A DNA stretch of 64,000 bases from Botryllus schlosseri (lineage: Eukaryota), in assembly GCA_051294905.1 (NCBI GenBank), contig CM119372.1, positions 11,038,001-11,102,000 on the forward strand, read 5' to 3'. The notes beneath the pieces were generated by a model, which ran no database searches, was not told where the DNA came from, and saw only the letters and a list, made by a program, of their open reading frames with translations. Shown here in pieces: positions 15,001 to 26,700 of this stretch; within the stretch, counting starts at the first letter, position 1; every line of letters starts with the position of its first letter. Made by a program: the position numbers and the translations under genes.

Positions 15001-18000
15001 GTCCTTTGCCTCCTTCGGTGGTGACATCAACTGCAAGATCGCTGTTGACGTGTGCGTCAGCGATAGCGAGAGTGTTGTCTGCTACATCGACATCGACGCC
15101 GTGACCGCCAGAATGATCGCCGTCCACGTTGACGGCGAGTCCCATTGGGCCCATGCCGAATTGGAATCCGTTGTTTGCGTTTGCGTGAGCAATAGCGTCA
15201 CCGCTTCCGTAGTGAGGTCCTCCGGTTGCAATCGCTTTAGCAGCGGCGTTGTTTGCGAAGTTGAGGTTAATTCCGCCCATACCCATGCTTGCGAAGAGGT
15301 CGCCGTATTGTCCTTTGCCTCCTTCGGTGGCGACATCAACTGCAAGATCGCTGTCGACGTGTGCGTCAGCGATAGCGAGAGTGTTGTCTGCTACATCGAC
15401 ATCGACGCCGTGACCGCCAGAATGATCACCGTCCACGTTGACGGCGAGTCCCATTGGGCCCATGTCGAATTGGAATCCGTTGTTTGCGTTGGCGTGAGCA
15501 ATAGCGTCACCGCTTCCGTAGTGAGGTCCTCCGGCTGCGATCGCTTTAGCAGCGGCGTTGTTTGCGAAGTTAAGGGTAATTCCGCCCATACCCATGCTTG
15601 CGAAGAGGTCGCCGTATTGTCCTTTGCCTCCTTCGGTGGTGACATCAACTGCAAGATCGCTGTTGACGTATGCGTCAGCGATGGCGAGAGTGTTGTCTGC
15701 TACATCGACTTCGACGCCGTGACCGCCAGAATGATCACCGTCCACATTGACGCCGAGTCCCATTGGGCCCATGGCGAATTGGAATCCGTTGTTTGCGTTG
15801 GCGTCTGCAATAGCGTCACCGCTTCCATAGTGAGGTCCTCCGCTTGCGATTGCTTTAGCAGCGGCGTTGTTTCCGAAGTTAAGGTTAATTCCGCCCATAC
15901 CCATGTTTGCGAAGAGGTCGTCGTATTGTCCTTTGCCTCCGTCGGTGGTGACATCAACTGCAAGATCGCTGTTGACGTGTGCGTCAGCGATAGCGAGAGT
16001 GTTGTCTGCTACATCGACATCGACGCCGTGACCGCCAGAATGATCACCGTCCACGTTGACGGCGAGTCCCATTGGGCCCATGCCGAATTGGAATCCGTTG
16101 TTTGCGTTGGCGTGAGCAATAGCGTCACCGCTTCCGTAGTGAGGTCCTCCGGCTGCGATCGCTTTAGCAGCGGCGTTGTTTGCGAAGTTAAGGTTAATTC
16201 CGCCCATACCCATGCTTGCGAAGAGGTCGCCGTATTGTCCTTTGCCTCCTTCGGTGGTGACATCAACTGCAAGATCGCTGTTGACGTGTGCGTCAGCGAT
16301 AGCGAGAGTGTTGTCTGCTACATCGACATCGACGCCGTGACCGCCAGAATGATCACCGTCCACGTTGACGGCGAGTCCCATTGGGCCCATGCCGAATTGG
16401 AATCCGTTGTTTGCGTTGGCGTGAGCAATAGCGTCACCGCTTCCGTAGTGAGGTCCTCCGGCTGCGATCGCTTTAGCAGCGGCGTTGTTTGCGAAGTTAA
16501 GGTTAATTCCGCCCATACCCATGCTTGCGAATAGGTCGCCGTATTGTCCTTTGCCTCCTTCGGTGGTGACATCAACTGCAAGATCGCTGTTGACGTGTGC
16601 GTCAGCGATAGCGAGAGTGTTGTCTGCTACATCGACATCGACGCCGTGACCGCCAGAATGATCACCGTCCACGTTGACGGCGAGTCCCATTGGGCCCATG
16701 CCGAATTGGAATCCGTTGTTTGCGTTGGCGTGAGCAATAGCGTCACCGCTTCCGTAGTGAGGTCCTCCGGCTGCGATCGCTTTAGCAGCGGCGTTGTTTG
16801 CGAAGTTAAGGTTAATTCCGCCCATACCCATGCTTGCGAAGAGGTCGCCGTATTGTCCTTTGCCTCCTTCGGTGGTGACATCAACTGCAAGATCGCTGTT
16901 GACGTGTGCGTCAGCGATAGCGAGAGTGTTGTCTGCTACATCGACATCGACGCCGTGACCGCCAGAATGATCACCGTCCACGTTGACGGCGAGTCCCATT
17001 GGGCCCATGCCGAATTGGAATCCGTTGTTTGCGTTGGCGTGAGCAATAGCGTCACCGCTTCCGTAGTGAGGTCCTCCGGCTGCGATCGCTTTAGCAGCGG
17101 CGTTGTTTGCGAAGTTAAGGTTAATTCCGCCCATACCCATGCTTGCGAAGAGGTCGCCGTATTGTCCTTTGCCTCCTTCGGTGGTGACATCAACTGCAAG
17201 ATCGCTGTTGACGTGTGCGTCAGCGATAGCGAGAGTGTTGTCTGCTACATCGACATCGACGCCGTGACCGCCAGAATGATCACCGTCCACGTTGACGGCG
17301 AGTCCCATTGGGCCCATTCCGAATTGGAATCCGTTGTTTGCGTTGGCGTGAGCAATAGCGTCACCGCTTCCGTAGTGAGGTCCTCCGGCTGCGATCGCTT
17401 TAGCGGCGGCGTTGTTTGCGAAGTTAAGGTTAATTCCGCCCATACCCATGCTTGCGAAGAGGTCGCCGTATTGTCCTTTGCCTCCTTCGGTGGTGACATC
17501 AACTGCAAGATCGCTGTTGACGTGTGCGTCAGCGATAGCGAGAGTGTTGTCTGCTACATCGACATCGACGCCGTGACCGCCAGAATGATCACCGTCCACG
17601 TTGACGGCGAGTCCCATTGGGCCCATTCCGAATTGGAATCCGTTGTTTGCGTTGGCGTGAGCAATAGCGTCACCGCTTCCGTAGTGAGGTCCTCCGGCTG
17701 CGATCGCTTTAGCGGCGGCGTTGTTTGCGAAGTTAAGGTTAATTCCGCCCATACCCATGCTTGCGAAGAGGTCGCCGTATTGTCCTTTGCCTCCTTCGGT
17801 GGTGACATCAACTGCAAGATCGCTGTTGACGTGTGCGTCAGCGATAGCGAGAGTGTTGTCTGCTACATCGACATCGACGCCGTGACCGCCAGAATGATCA
17901 CCGTCCACGTTGACGGTGAGTCCCATTGGGCCCATGCCGAATTGGAATCCGTTGTTTGCGTTGGCGTGAGCAATAGCGTCACCGCTTCCGTAGTGAGGTC

Positions 18001-19790
18001 CTCCGGCTGCGATCGCTTTAGCAGCGGCGTTGTTTGCGAAGTTAAGGTTAATTCCACCCATACCCATGCTTGCGAAGAGGTCGCCGTATTGTCCTTTGCC
18101 TCCTTCGGTGGTGACATCAACTGCAAGATCGCTGTTGACGTGTGCGTCAGCGATAGCGAGAGTGTTGTCTGCTACATCGACATCGACGCCGTGACCGCCA
18201 GAATGATCGCCGTCCACGTTGACGGCGAGTCCCATTGGGCCCATGCCGAATTGGAATCCGTTGTTTGCGTTTGCGTGAGCAATAGCGTCACCGCTTCCGT
18301 AGTGAGGTCCTCCGGTTGCAATCGCTTTAGCAGCGGCGTTGTTTGCGAAGTTGAGGTTAATTCCGCCCATACCCATGCTTGCGAAGAGGTCGCCGTATTG
18401 TCCTTTGCCTCCTTCGGTGGCGACATCAACTGCAAGATCGCTGTCGACGTGTGCGTCAGCGATAGCGAGAGTGTTGTCTGCTACATCGACATCGACGCCG
18501 TGACCGCCAGAATGATCACCGTCCACGTTGACGGCGAGTCCCATTGGGCCCATGTCGAATTGGAATCCGTTGTTTGCGTTGGCGTGAGCAATAGCGTCAC
18601 CGCTTCCGTAGTGAGGTCCTCCGGCTGCGATCGCTTTAGCAGCGGCGTTGTTTGCGAAGTTAAGGGTAATTCCGCCCATACCCATGCTTGCGAAGAGGTC
18701 GCCGTATTGTCCTTTGCCTCCTTCGGTGGTGACATCAACTGCAAGATCGCTGTTGACGTATGCGTCAGCGATGGCGAGAGTGTTGTCTGCTACATCGACT
18801 TCGACGCCGTGACCGCCAGAATGATCACCGTCCACATTGACGCCGAGTCCCATTGGGCCCATGGCGAATTGGAATCCGTTGTTTGCGTTGGCGTCTGCAA
18901 TAGCGTCACCGCTTCCATAGTGAGGTCCTCCGCTTGCGATTGCTTTAGCAGCGGCGTTGTTTCCGAAGTTAAGGTTAATTCCGCCCATACCCATGTTTGC
19001 GAAGAGGTCGTCGTATTGTCCTTTGCCTCCGTCGGTGGTAACATCGACCGCGAGTCCGCTATCGACATGTGCGTCAGCGATGGCGAATGTATTGTCTGCT
19101 ACATCGACATCGACTACGTGATCTCCAGAATGATCACCGTCTACATTGACCGCGAGTCCCATTGGTCCTACACCGAAGATGAATTGGTCGTTAGCGTTGG
19201 CGTGAGCAATGGCATCACCGCTTCCGTAGCGAGGTCCTCCATAGCCGATGGCTTTAGCACCGGCGTTGTTTACGAGATTAAGGTTGATTCCGCCCATGCT
19301 CATACCAGCGAAGAGGTCACCATATTGTCCTTTGCCCCCATCGGATGTAACATCAACTGCCAAATCGCTATCGACGTGTGCGTCAGCGATGGCGAGAGTG
19401 TTGTCTGCTACATCGACATCGATGCCGTGACCGCCAGAATGATCACCGTCCACATTGACGCCGAGTCCCATTGGGCCTATGGCGAATTGGAAGTTGTTGT
19501 TGGCGTTGGCGTGAGCAATAGCATCACCGCTTCCGTAGTGAGGTCCACCGGATGCGATTGCTTTAGCACCGGCGTTGTTTCCGAGATTGAGGTTGATTCC
19601 ACCCATGCTCATACCAGCGAAGAGGTCACCATATTGTCCTTTGCCTCCGTCGGTGGTCACATCGACTGCCTGATCGCTATCGACGTGTGCGTCAGCGATG
19701 GCGAGAGTGTTGTCTGCTACATTGACATTGATGTCGTGTCCGCCTGAATGATCACCGTCCACATTGAGACCGAGTCCCATTGGTCCGATG
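1..19790 (-). repeat. Coding tandem array, 309-bp unit, ~64 copies in the window; unit protein [103 protein letters not shown]
   Basis: Strict 309-bp periodicity with no indels seen (shadow ORFs recur at 250, 559, 868...). Units are nearly identical except the ~2.5 units at 19040-19790, which are clearly diverged. Confidence 0.98.
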
Positions 19791-22700
19791 CTTACGTCTA
19801 ATAAACTATTTGCCATGGCTTTGGCACCACTTGAAATATGTCTCACACATTTATGAACCTTGCAGCATTCATCGGATTCCAACTCCATTCTTACGCATCC
19901 GGTGGGACAGGGAGCTTCCCCTACCTCCAGACAGTTGTTTTGATTACATTTACACTCGTATGTACTGCAGCAACTATCTAGTGGGTAGCTCACTAGATCT
20001 TCATAGAAATTACATATTGGTGCTTTTTCTTTACATTTTGTCACATCGCAGTCATCAGCAACAATCCTGAATGCGTAACAGCAGTCGCAGGATTTTTCTT
20101 TTACAACCATATACCCTGCTGGTGTTACTGGATATGGGTCACATGTTTTCGCTTTACATCTTACTTCATTGGCACTGTAGCAGGTACATATATCACATGC
20201 GTCGCCATTTTTGTACCAACATTCACCATAGCTTCTTTCAGTTCCAGTTTCATCCATACAAGTTGTTGTTTCCTCTATAACTATTCCTATGCCCAAGTCA
20301 CTCTCAACCATCGCTTCAGCTTTAAGATTGTTATCGATAATTGCATCCACACTGGATCCGATATCTGAACCTATATCTCCAAAAAGGGACAGTTGATTTG
20401 GCCCAAGAAGCAAGGATAATCCAATATCAGACTGGCTTTTTGCTATTGCATCCGAACTTCTGTACCCTCCATGTCCAGTTGTCATCGCTTTCGCTGCAGC
20501 GTTGTTGCCTAATCCAATCGTAATTGGTCCTTGGTGGAGACCCAGACCAAACCCTAGACCACGAGTATCTGATCCTGTTTCTACATCAACACCCACATTG
20601 CTTGTAAGACGAGCATCCGCATGTAAATCATTAGAAGAATCAACATCTACGGCCACATCGCTGCCACTACCTTGTCCAGACGATAAGTCCACGGATAACG
20701 CATGCGGTCCCATATTAAATAATAATCTGGTATTTGAAAGAGCAGTCGCCATCGCTCCACCACGTACGCACCTTCCGATTGGGCAACATGATTCTTTCTC
20801 TAGGACTTTCCTGGTACACCCTTCTGGACATGGTGGATTTCCTAATATTGGACAATTGGCTGTATCACAGACGCATTCGTAGGATGAACAGCATTCATCT
20901 ATTTTATAAGCAACTAGTTTCTGATATACACCGCATACCATAGGTTGAAACTGGCAAGTTGACTCGTCACATTCCTCAGATACTACCGTGTATACCTTGC
21001 AACAGCCATCAGAGTCTTTTTCGACTACCTTTTCACCAGGTCCGGTAGTGGGTGGATCATCACAAGCTATTGATCTTTGAATAATGTCACCAACATCTTT
21101 GCAAATATTCTCTATGCAGGCGTCACTTGGAACAGTCCAGCACTCGCCGTAAGATCTTCCAACCCCATTGGCATCAATGCAAGCATCTGCTTCAGTAATG
21201 ACTTCCACTGCAATGTCGGAATCAACACCAGCAACGGCACCCACTGAACTTTCCGATTTTACGTCTACATCAACATCGCTTCCTCCAATATCTGATAGGT
21301 GATCACCGATCGACATAAACATTCCACCATGGCCGAATTGTAATCCTAATCCTGAATCAGCATGTGAAATTGCAGTGCCACTTGGCCCATGTTGGCCACG
21401 CCCAGACATTGCACCTGCATATGCGACTGAGCCCAAATCCAACAACGATTCACCACGATTTAGGGATATCACTGCTGTTCCACCGCCACGCTTTCCTGAG
21501 TCTGTGGACACAGAAACGTCAACGTCACTGTCCACTTTTGCGGCTGCGTCAGCTTTTGTATCAGAGGCAACATCAACAGCAACTTCTGATCCAAGATCAC
21601 CTTTGCCAAGGTCGAAAATGGAGCCAAATAGACCACCGTGATTCACGATCGCATGTATTGATGCACCACTTTTCGCAGCAGCCTGATTGGTGTAGACGCA
21701 TTTTCCCACTGGACAGCAAGCGTCTTGGTCAAGCACAATCCTGGCACATCCTTCTGGGCATGGTGGATTGCCAAGTCTTGCGCATTTTTGCTCATCGCAA
21801 ACACACTCATATGTGAAGCAGCATTTGTCGAGTTTGTAGGAAACACAAGTTTCGTGCAGTCCACAGCTCAGTGGTGAGTAAGGACAACTCACTTCCTCGC
21901 AAGTGTCAGGTATCAGACGATATTCATTGCAGCAATCATCCACTCTCTCTTCAATTACCTTTTTCCCGTCTGGAATGTATTGTGGTGGCTCATCGCACAC
22001 CCGCTCCTCACATGCGACATTATTTGTATCAATGCAAGAGCAAATCATACAAGGATTTCCATATTTCGACCAGCTATCGCCGTAGCAACGTTCATGTCCT
22101 TGCTCATCTACACAAAGGGACGATTCAGATGCAATACTAACATCTACTGATCCTTTCACATCAGCCAACGCTTCGACCTTATTCCCAACGTCAACTGCAA
22201 CCTCTACGTCGCTTCCATCTTGCCTGTGGCCTGCGGTTGACAAAGATAAGAAATGCCCGCCAATGCCAAGTCCTAATCCGCTTGATGAGTCTGCTTTTGC
22301 TAGTGCATCTCCGTATATACCAGAACCAGATCCAGATCCAGCTGCATGTGCATCAGCAAGGTTTGATAAACCAATGTTGATGCCTCCAAATGAAAGATCG
22401 AAAAGTCCGCCAAGGCCGCTTGATCGTTGACCATCGGTAATCACATCAACTCCGACAGAGCTATCTACATGTGCATCAGCACTTACGTCTTTGCTGACGT
22501 CAACATCAACTTTAGTTTCGCTATCGCCTTTTCCGCCTTCTTCAAGACCAAGTGACAAAGAACTACCACCTAGGAATCCCAGAATTGAGGAAGATGCTGT
22601 CGCTGATGCTTTTGCCATGTTGACACATTTGGGAACTGGGCAGCATACTTCTGGGTCGACAACCACCCTCTTGCATCCTTCAGGGCATGGCGGATTGCCA

Positions 22701-23725
22701 AGAACCGGGCATCGGCTAGGATTGCATGCGCATTCATATTCACAGCAGCACTCATCTTCCTCTGTTGGAATTGCTACAACTTCTTCGTACAATTTGCAAT
22801 ACGGGATTTTTGAGCTACACCGAGAAACATCACACTCTTCTTTGACTATTCTGTAAGTTGGACAGCATCCATCGGTAATCTCCTCAACGACATAGTGACC
22901 TTCTGGACACATAGGATACGGGTCGCATATTTTTTTGGTACATCGGACACTGCCAGCGTTGTGACAGGTACATGTGTCACAAACATCACTTGCATACACC
23001 CACGAGTCGCCGAATCTCCTTTCATTGCCAACTTCATCAACGCAGCAGGAACCTTCGTCAACGATTGCTATTTCCAATGCAGTGGCAGCATCAACTTTAG
23101 CATCGGCTTTGATATCATTATCAATTTTGATATCAGCATCTACTTTTGATCCATGACCATAATCTCCATGTATGTTGGCAACCAAGTCTGCACCATGGAA
23201 AAGAACAGAACCAATGCTGTCAGCAATGGCAAGAGCCCCGGCACCGTGCATAGCATCTTTTTCGGCCGCTGTGTAACCTGCTTTCGCTTGTAATTTATTG
23301 GAGACATCGAAAAACATGGAGCCTAACCCGGCTGACAAGTGAGTAGTGAAAGCACCATTATCTTCTTTGGTGACGTCAACACCGATTCCAATGTCGCTTT
23401 TGATGTCTGCAGATGCATCAGCTTTTTGAGAAGTTCCAACATCAACATCTGCACCACCATCTCCGCCTTTTGATCCTTGGATCCCCAATCCTAAATGTGA
23501 CCCGCCAATATAAACTGACATACCACTGTTGCTATCAGCGTGGGCCCCTGAGCCTGGTGCTCCATGTCCAAATCCAGAATGAGCAATTGCAAGAGCTTTT
23601 GACGATTGACCAAAATTGAGGGATATACCAGATGGCACGCATCCTGCTAGGAGTTCTTCGGACAAAATATTGTTCCAGCAATGGTAACGGATGCAAACTT
23701 TGTGGTCACTTCTAACTTGTCCAGG
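1..23725 (-). CDS. Single giant coding exon (>=23,725 bp, >=7,908 codons), open to the window edge
   Basis: Acceptor attacag| at 23726-23727, phase 0 with the donor at 25238 ([24 protein letters not shown]). I translated 23725 to ~19700 without a stop, straight into the repeat frame. The repeat consensus has no stop in this frame, and the variants that create plus-strand TAG stops (6725, 13442, 16532) are silent CTC>CTA Leu changes here. It is probably absent from the ORF track because no stop codon falls inside the window. Confidence 0.9.
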
Positions 23726-26700
23726 CTGTAATAGGTTATGTTTGATGATGGATTCAATGAGGTAATCTATTTGTTTTTATTCACATCTTAACCTATAACC
23801 AATGGCTACGGAGGCTAATAGGTTTACCGCAAGTCTACTTGCCCAGAGCATACTGACCATGAGATGCTTCGATAATATGAACCAATTGATGCTTTTTCAA
23901 AATATTTCATTTTGTAGTACGTTCTCTGGGCGAGTTAGCTTACATAGGGATACCATACGTCCTCTTTAAAGAGGATTTGTCCTCTTTTTTGACTTTTTTG
24001 AAAGTGTCCTCAGAGGACACCCTTTTGCCCTCTTTTTTGAGATTTTGTCCTCTTTTTTGAGAATTTTGGTCATATTTATGGCAAAATTCGACTGAGACGC
24101 CTTGAATTAGAACCAAAGTGACGATCCGGCGGGTATTTCGGGAGCAGAGCGGAAAGTTGACCATTTTTGATATAGTCAACCGACCACAAAGTGGAAAAAT
24201 TTACCATTTTTTGAGAATTCTACTCCGGTTTTGCAAGTCTGAAAATTCTGAAAAAGTGTCCTATTTTTAGATTTCCAGAATATGGTCACCCTAGCCTATA
24301 TCCATGACAATCTAACGATAAATGACAACAAGCAGTGTGATCGTTTCCCACCAAAATAATCCTATTCGGACTCTCAATTTGACAATCTCATTAACAGACT
24401 ACCCATGACTTTACATTTGGATGTACTCATCTCTTATTTTAGAAAGTATTTCGCTGGAGACTTGGACCACCACAATTGGAGAATAAATAATTTTGTGCAT
24501 AACGTAAAGGCACTTTGTTATCCTTCTTCAGATCTTACTTTTAAATAATAATATGAAGGCTACTTCTGCAATCCTAATCTACTCAATTCGCTTTGGATTA
24601 AGGTTCGGCAAGAGTTTCGACTTGTAAGATGAGATAAAGTAGTGGTGAATCGGCTGGATTCTCAATCGATGCGTTATGTGTTTGAACCTGTGTCACGCCA
24701 AAGACTTGCTTGTATACTGGTTTCGACGGCTTACCGTTCCTTCGCATCTACAGAATTGCCAAACATCCGAATGGTGTAGACGATAATAAAGTGCCTTCCG
24801 TCATTAACTGTCCTTTAATACACATTGTGAGATAGGTATTGCGAGAGCAAACATGGTGTCACGTTGTTACAAAGTGTGCCAAATCAACAAGCACAAGCTC
24901 TGCATTGTGCAATGTGCATTTTGGGAAAAAAAATTGTAATACCATATTCACTGTATTTTGGAGTCAGCAATATTTTTAATTCATTAGTGCGCCGTGAGTG
25001 CTGATAAGTTTGCAATAAACAAGAACAGTTTGTGAACCGCTACATACATTTTATAATAAGCATTCAGTTATTTCGCGCTCACAACCCTGCACAAACAACA
25101 TTGCAAAGACGTTGCAGTTGATTGTCCCAAATGCACAATTGAATGAAATGTATCACACACAAAATCATAACGACTGATGCTTAAGCAATGAATGGAAATA
25201 TAATGTGATTGATAGCAAAGATAAAGAAATTGACTCACAGCTATGATGGTGCCATCTGCAATGATACATGGACACTCGGAAGTTTTGATGCAAGTGTTCG
25301 CATCACGGAGAGACTGTCCTGTAGGGCATTTTGTGTATTCTTCCCCACACGTATCAACACAGCCATTGCTCTTAGCTTGGGCACATTGGAATGACACTGC
25401 GCGATAGCAGTGACACATATCAGCACAAGTGAATGAGCAGCTCAGAACATTGTCTTTTCCGCAAGTGTCTGAAATAGTATACAAAATATATTTCTCATGT
25501 TGCTAATTTAGCATGGATGCGTGGCGCTGTAATTCAAACCAGACACCAGAAGGTACGCACCTACAAAATTATCATAGAGATCTTCGCACAAACCAGGAGA
25601 CAGCTCTGAAGGAGTGTAATCAAAACCACCTTCATCAGCCATACCACCACCGAGTCCATCTGGAATACACACATACAATTTGCATTTATCTCAACGCCAT
25701 CACCATTTCAATGCATTTTCATACCAGAGTCTTTAAGAGGTGTTCCACCTTGACTACAGGGAAATCCAAGACAGTGCACTGCTTTGTCCATGCAATAACT
25801 ATTTAATCATACAATGGATACAATTTACAATTAAATTTATTATACCAGTGCAATAATGTCTCTTACCAGCTTCTGCACTCATCGGACATAGATTCGATCT
25901 TTTCACCATCTGTGTAAGACACTCCATCAATAACATCGCAAACGCAGGTATCCATAGCTTCGCAAACTTGACCATCTGCGCTAGTCACCTGTTACACAAA
26001 AAATGATTTTATTATTTATTTTCTATGACTTGATGACATTTTGGTCCATTACCGTTCCTTCCGGGCAGCTACATCCCTCCACGCAAGCAAATTCACAAGT
26101 AAGTGCTACTTGCTCATATTCATTGTAATTACTGCAAGTCTTGGGACAAGCAGAGATGCAAGGTTCATATTCTCTCGATTTTCCATAACACATCAGTGCT
26201 GATGAAAAAACGAAGGGCAATTCATTAACACAAACATATAGTTCACATGACGTCTGCTGTCACTTGTGTTCAACAGGTGAGCTACTACAAACGAGTAATT
26301 GGCACCAGTTACAACGGCAATCAGATTAATAGCTTTACCTCCTAAATAACTACCTTATGCAAGACACGGGATAATCAAAGTGGACAAAAACAAGCAAAGT
26401 CATAATTCAATTGAATTGACTATCTGCCTTTACAAAAAAGACGTATATATCATTCAGATAACATAGGTGAAATTACTAAGTAATAACTGCACTGCGGAAT
26501 TAACATTTATCCTCACGAATCTAGAAAAGCCGAAAAACGTGATCACATTATCTTCCGTATCGATGGCTGCAAAAGCCTTTTTTACCGAAGAATTTGACTT
26601 ACCGCATAACGCAGCAGTAATGAAAAAAACACGAATAATAAGTGTCATAAACGACATTGTACGCTAAGCTCGGTATCACAAAACTGTGCCGCCTGAATGA

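Noticed and set aside
250..19068. About 60 copies of an 87-aa Thr/Ser-rich minus-strand ORF that looks like a tandem small-gene or PTS array
   Set aside because: Alternative frame of the same repeat with stops in every unit; the frame continuous with the upstream cysteine-rich exon is the Gly/Ala/Asp/Asn one.
20..19747. Four very long plus-strand ORFs (2235, 2228, 1026 and 1067 aa; Val/Ser/Cys-rich)
   Set aside because: In-register antisense shadows: they stay open only because the sense repeat lacks TTA/CTA/TCA codons. They are broken by changes that are silent on the minus strand and do not continue into unique sequence.
1..19790. CRISPR array, non-coding satellite or bacterial giant adhesin (RTX/Bap-like) interpretation
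   Set aside because: No unique spacers; the unit is a multiple of 3 and in frame with a spliced eukaryotic gene; no GGxGxDxL nonapeptides.
24300..24800. Coding-looking intronic stretch on the plus strand
   Set aside because: Interrupted by stops with no recognisable domain.
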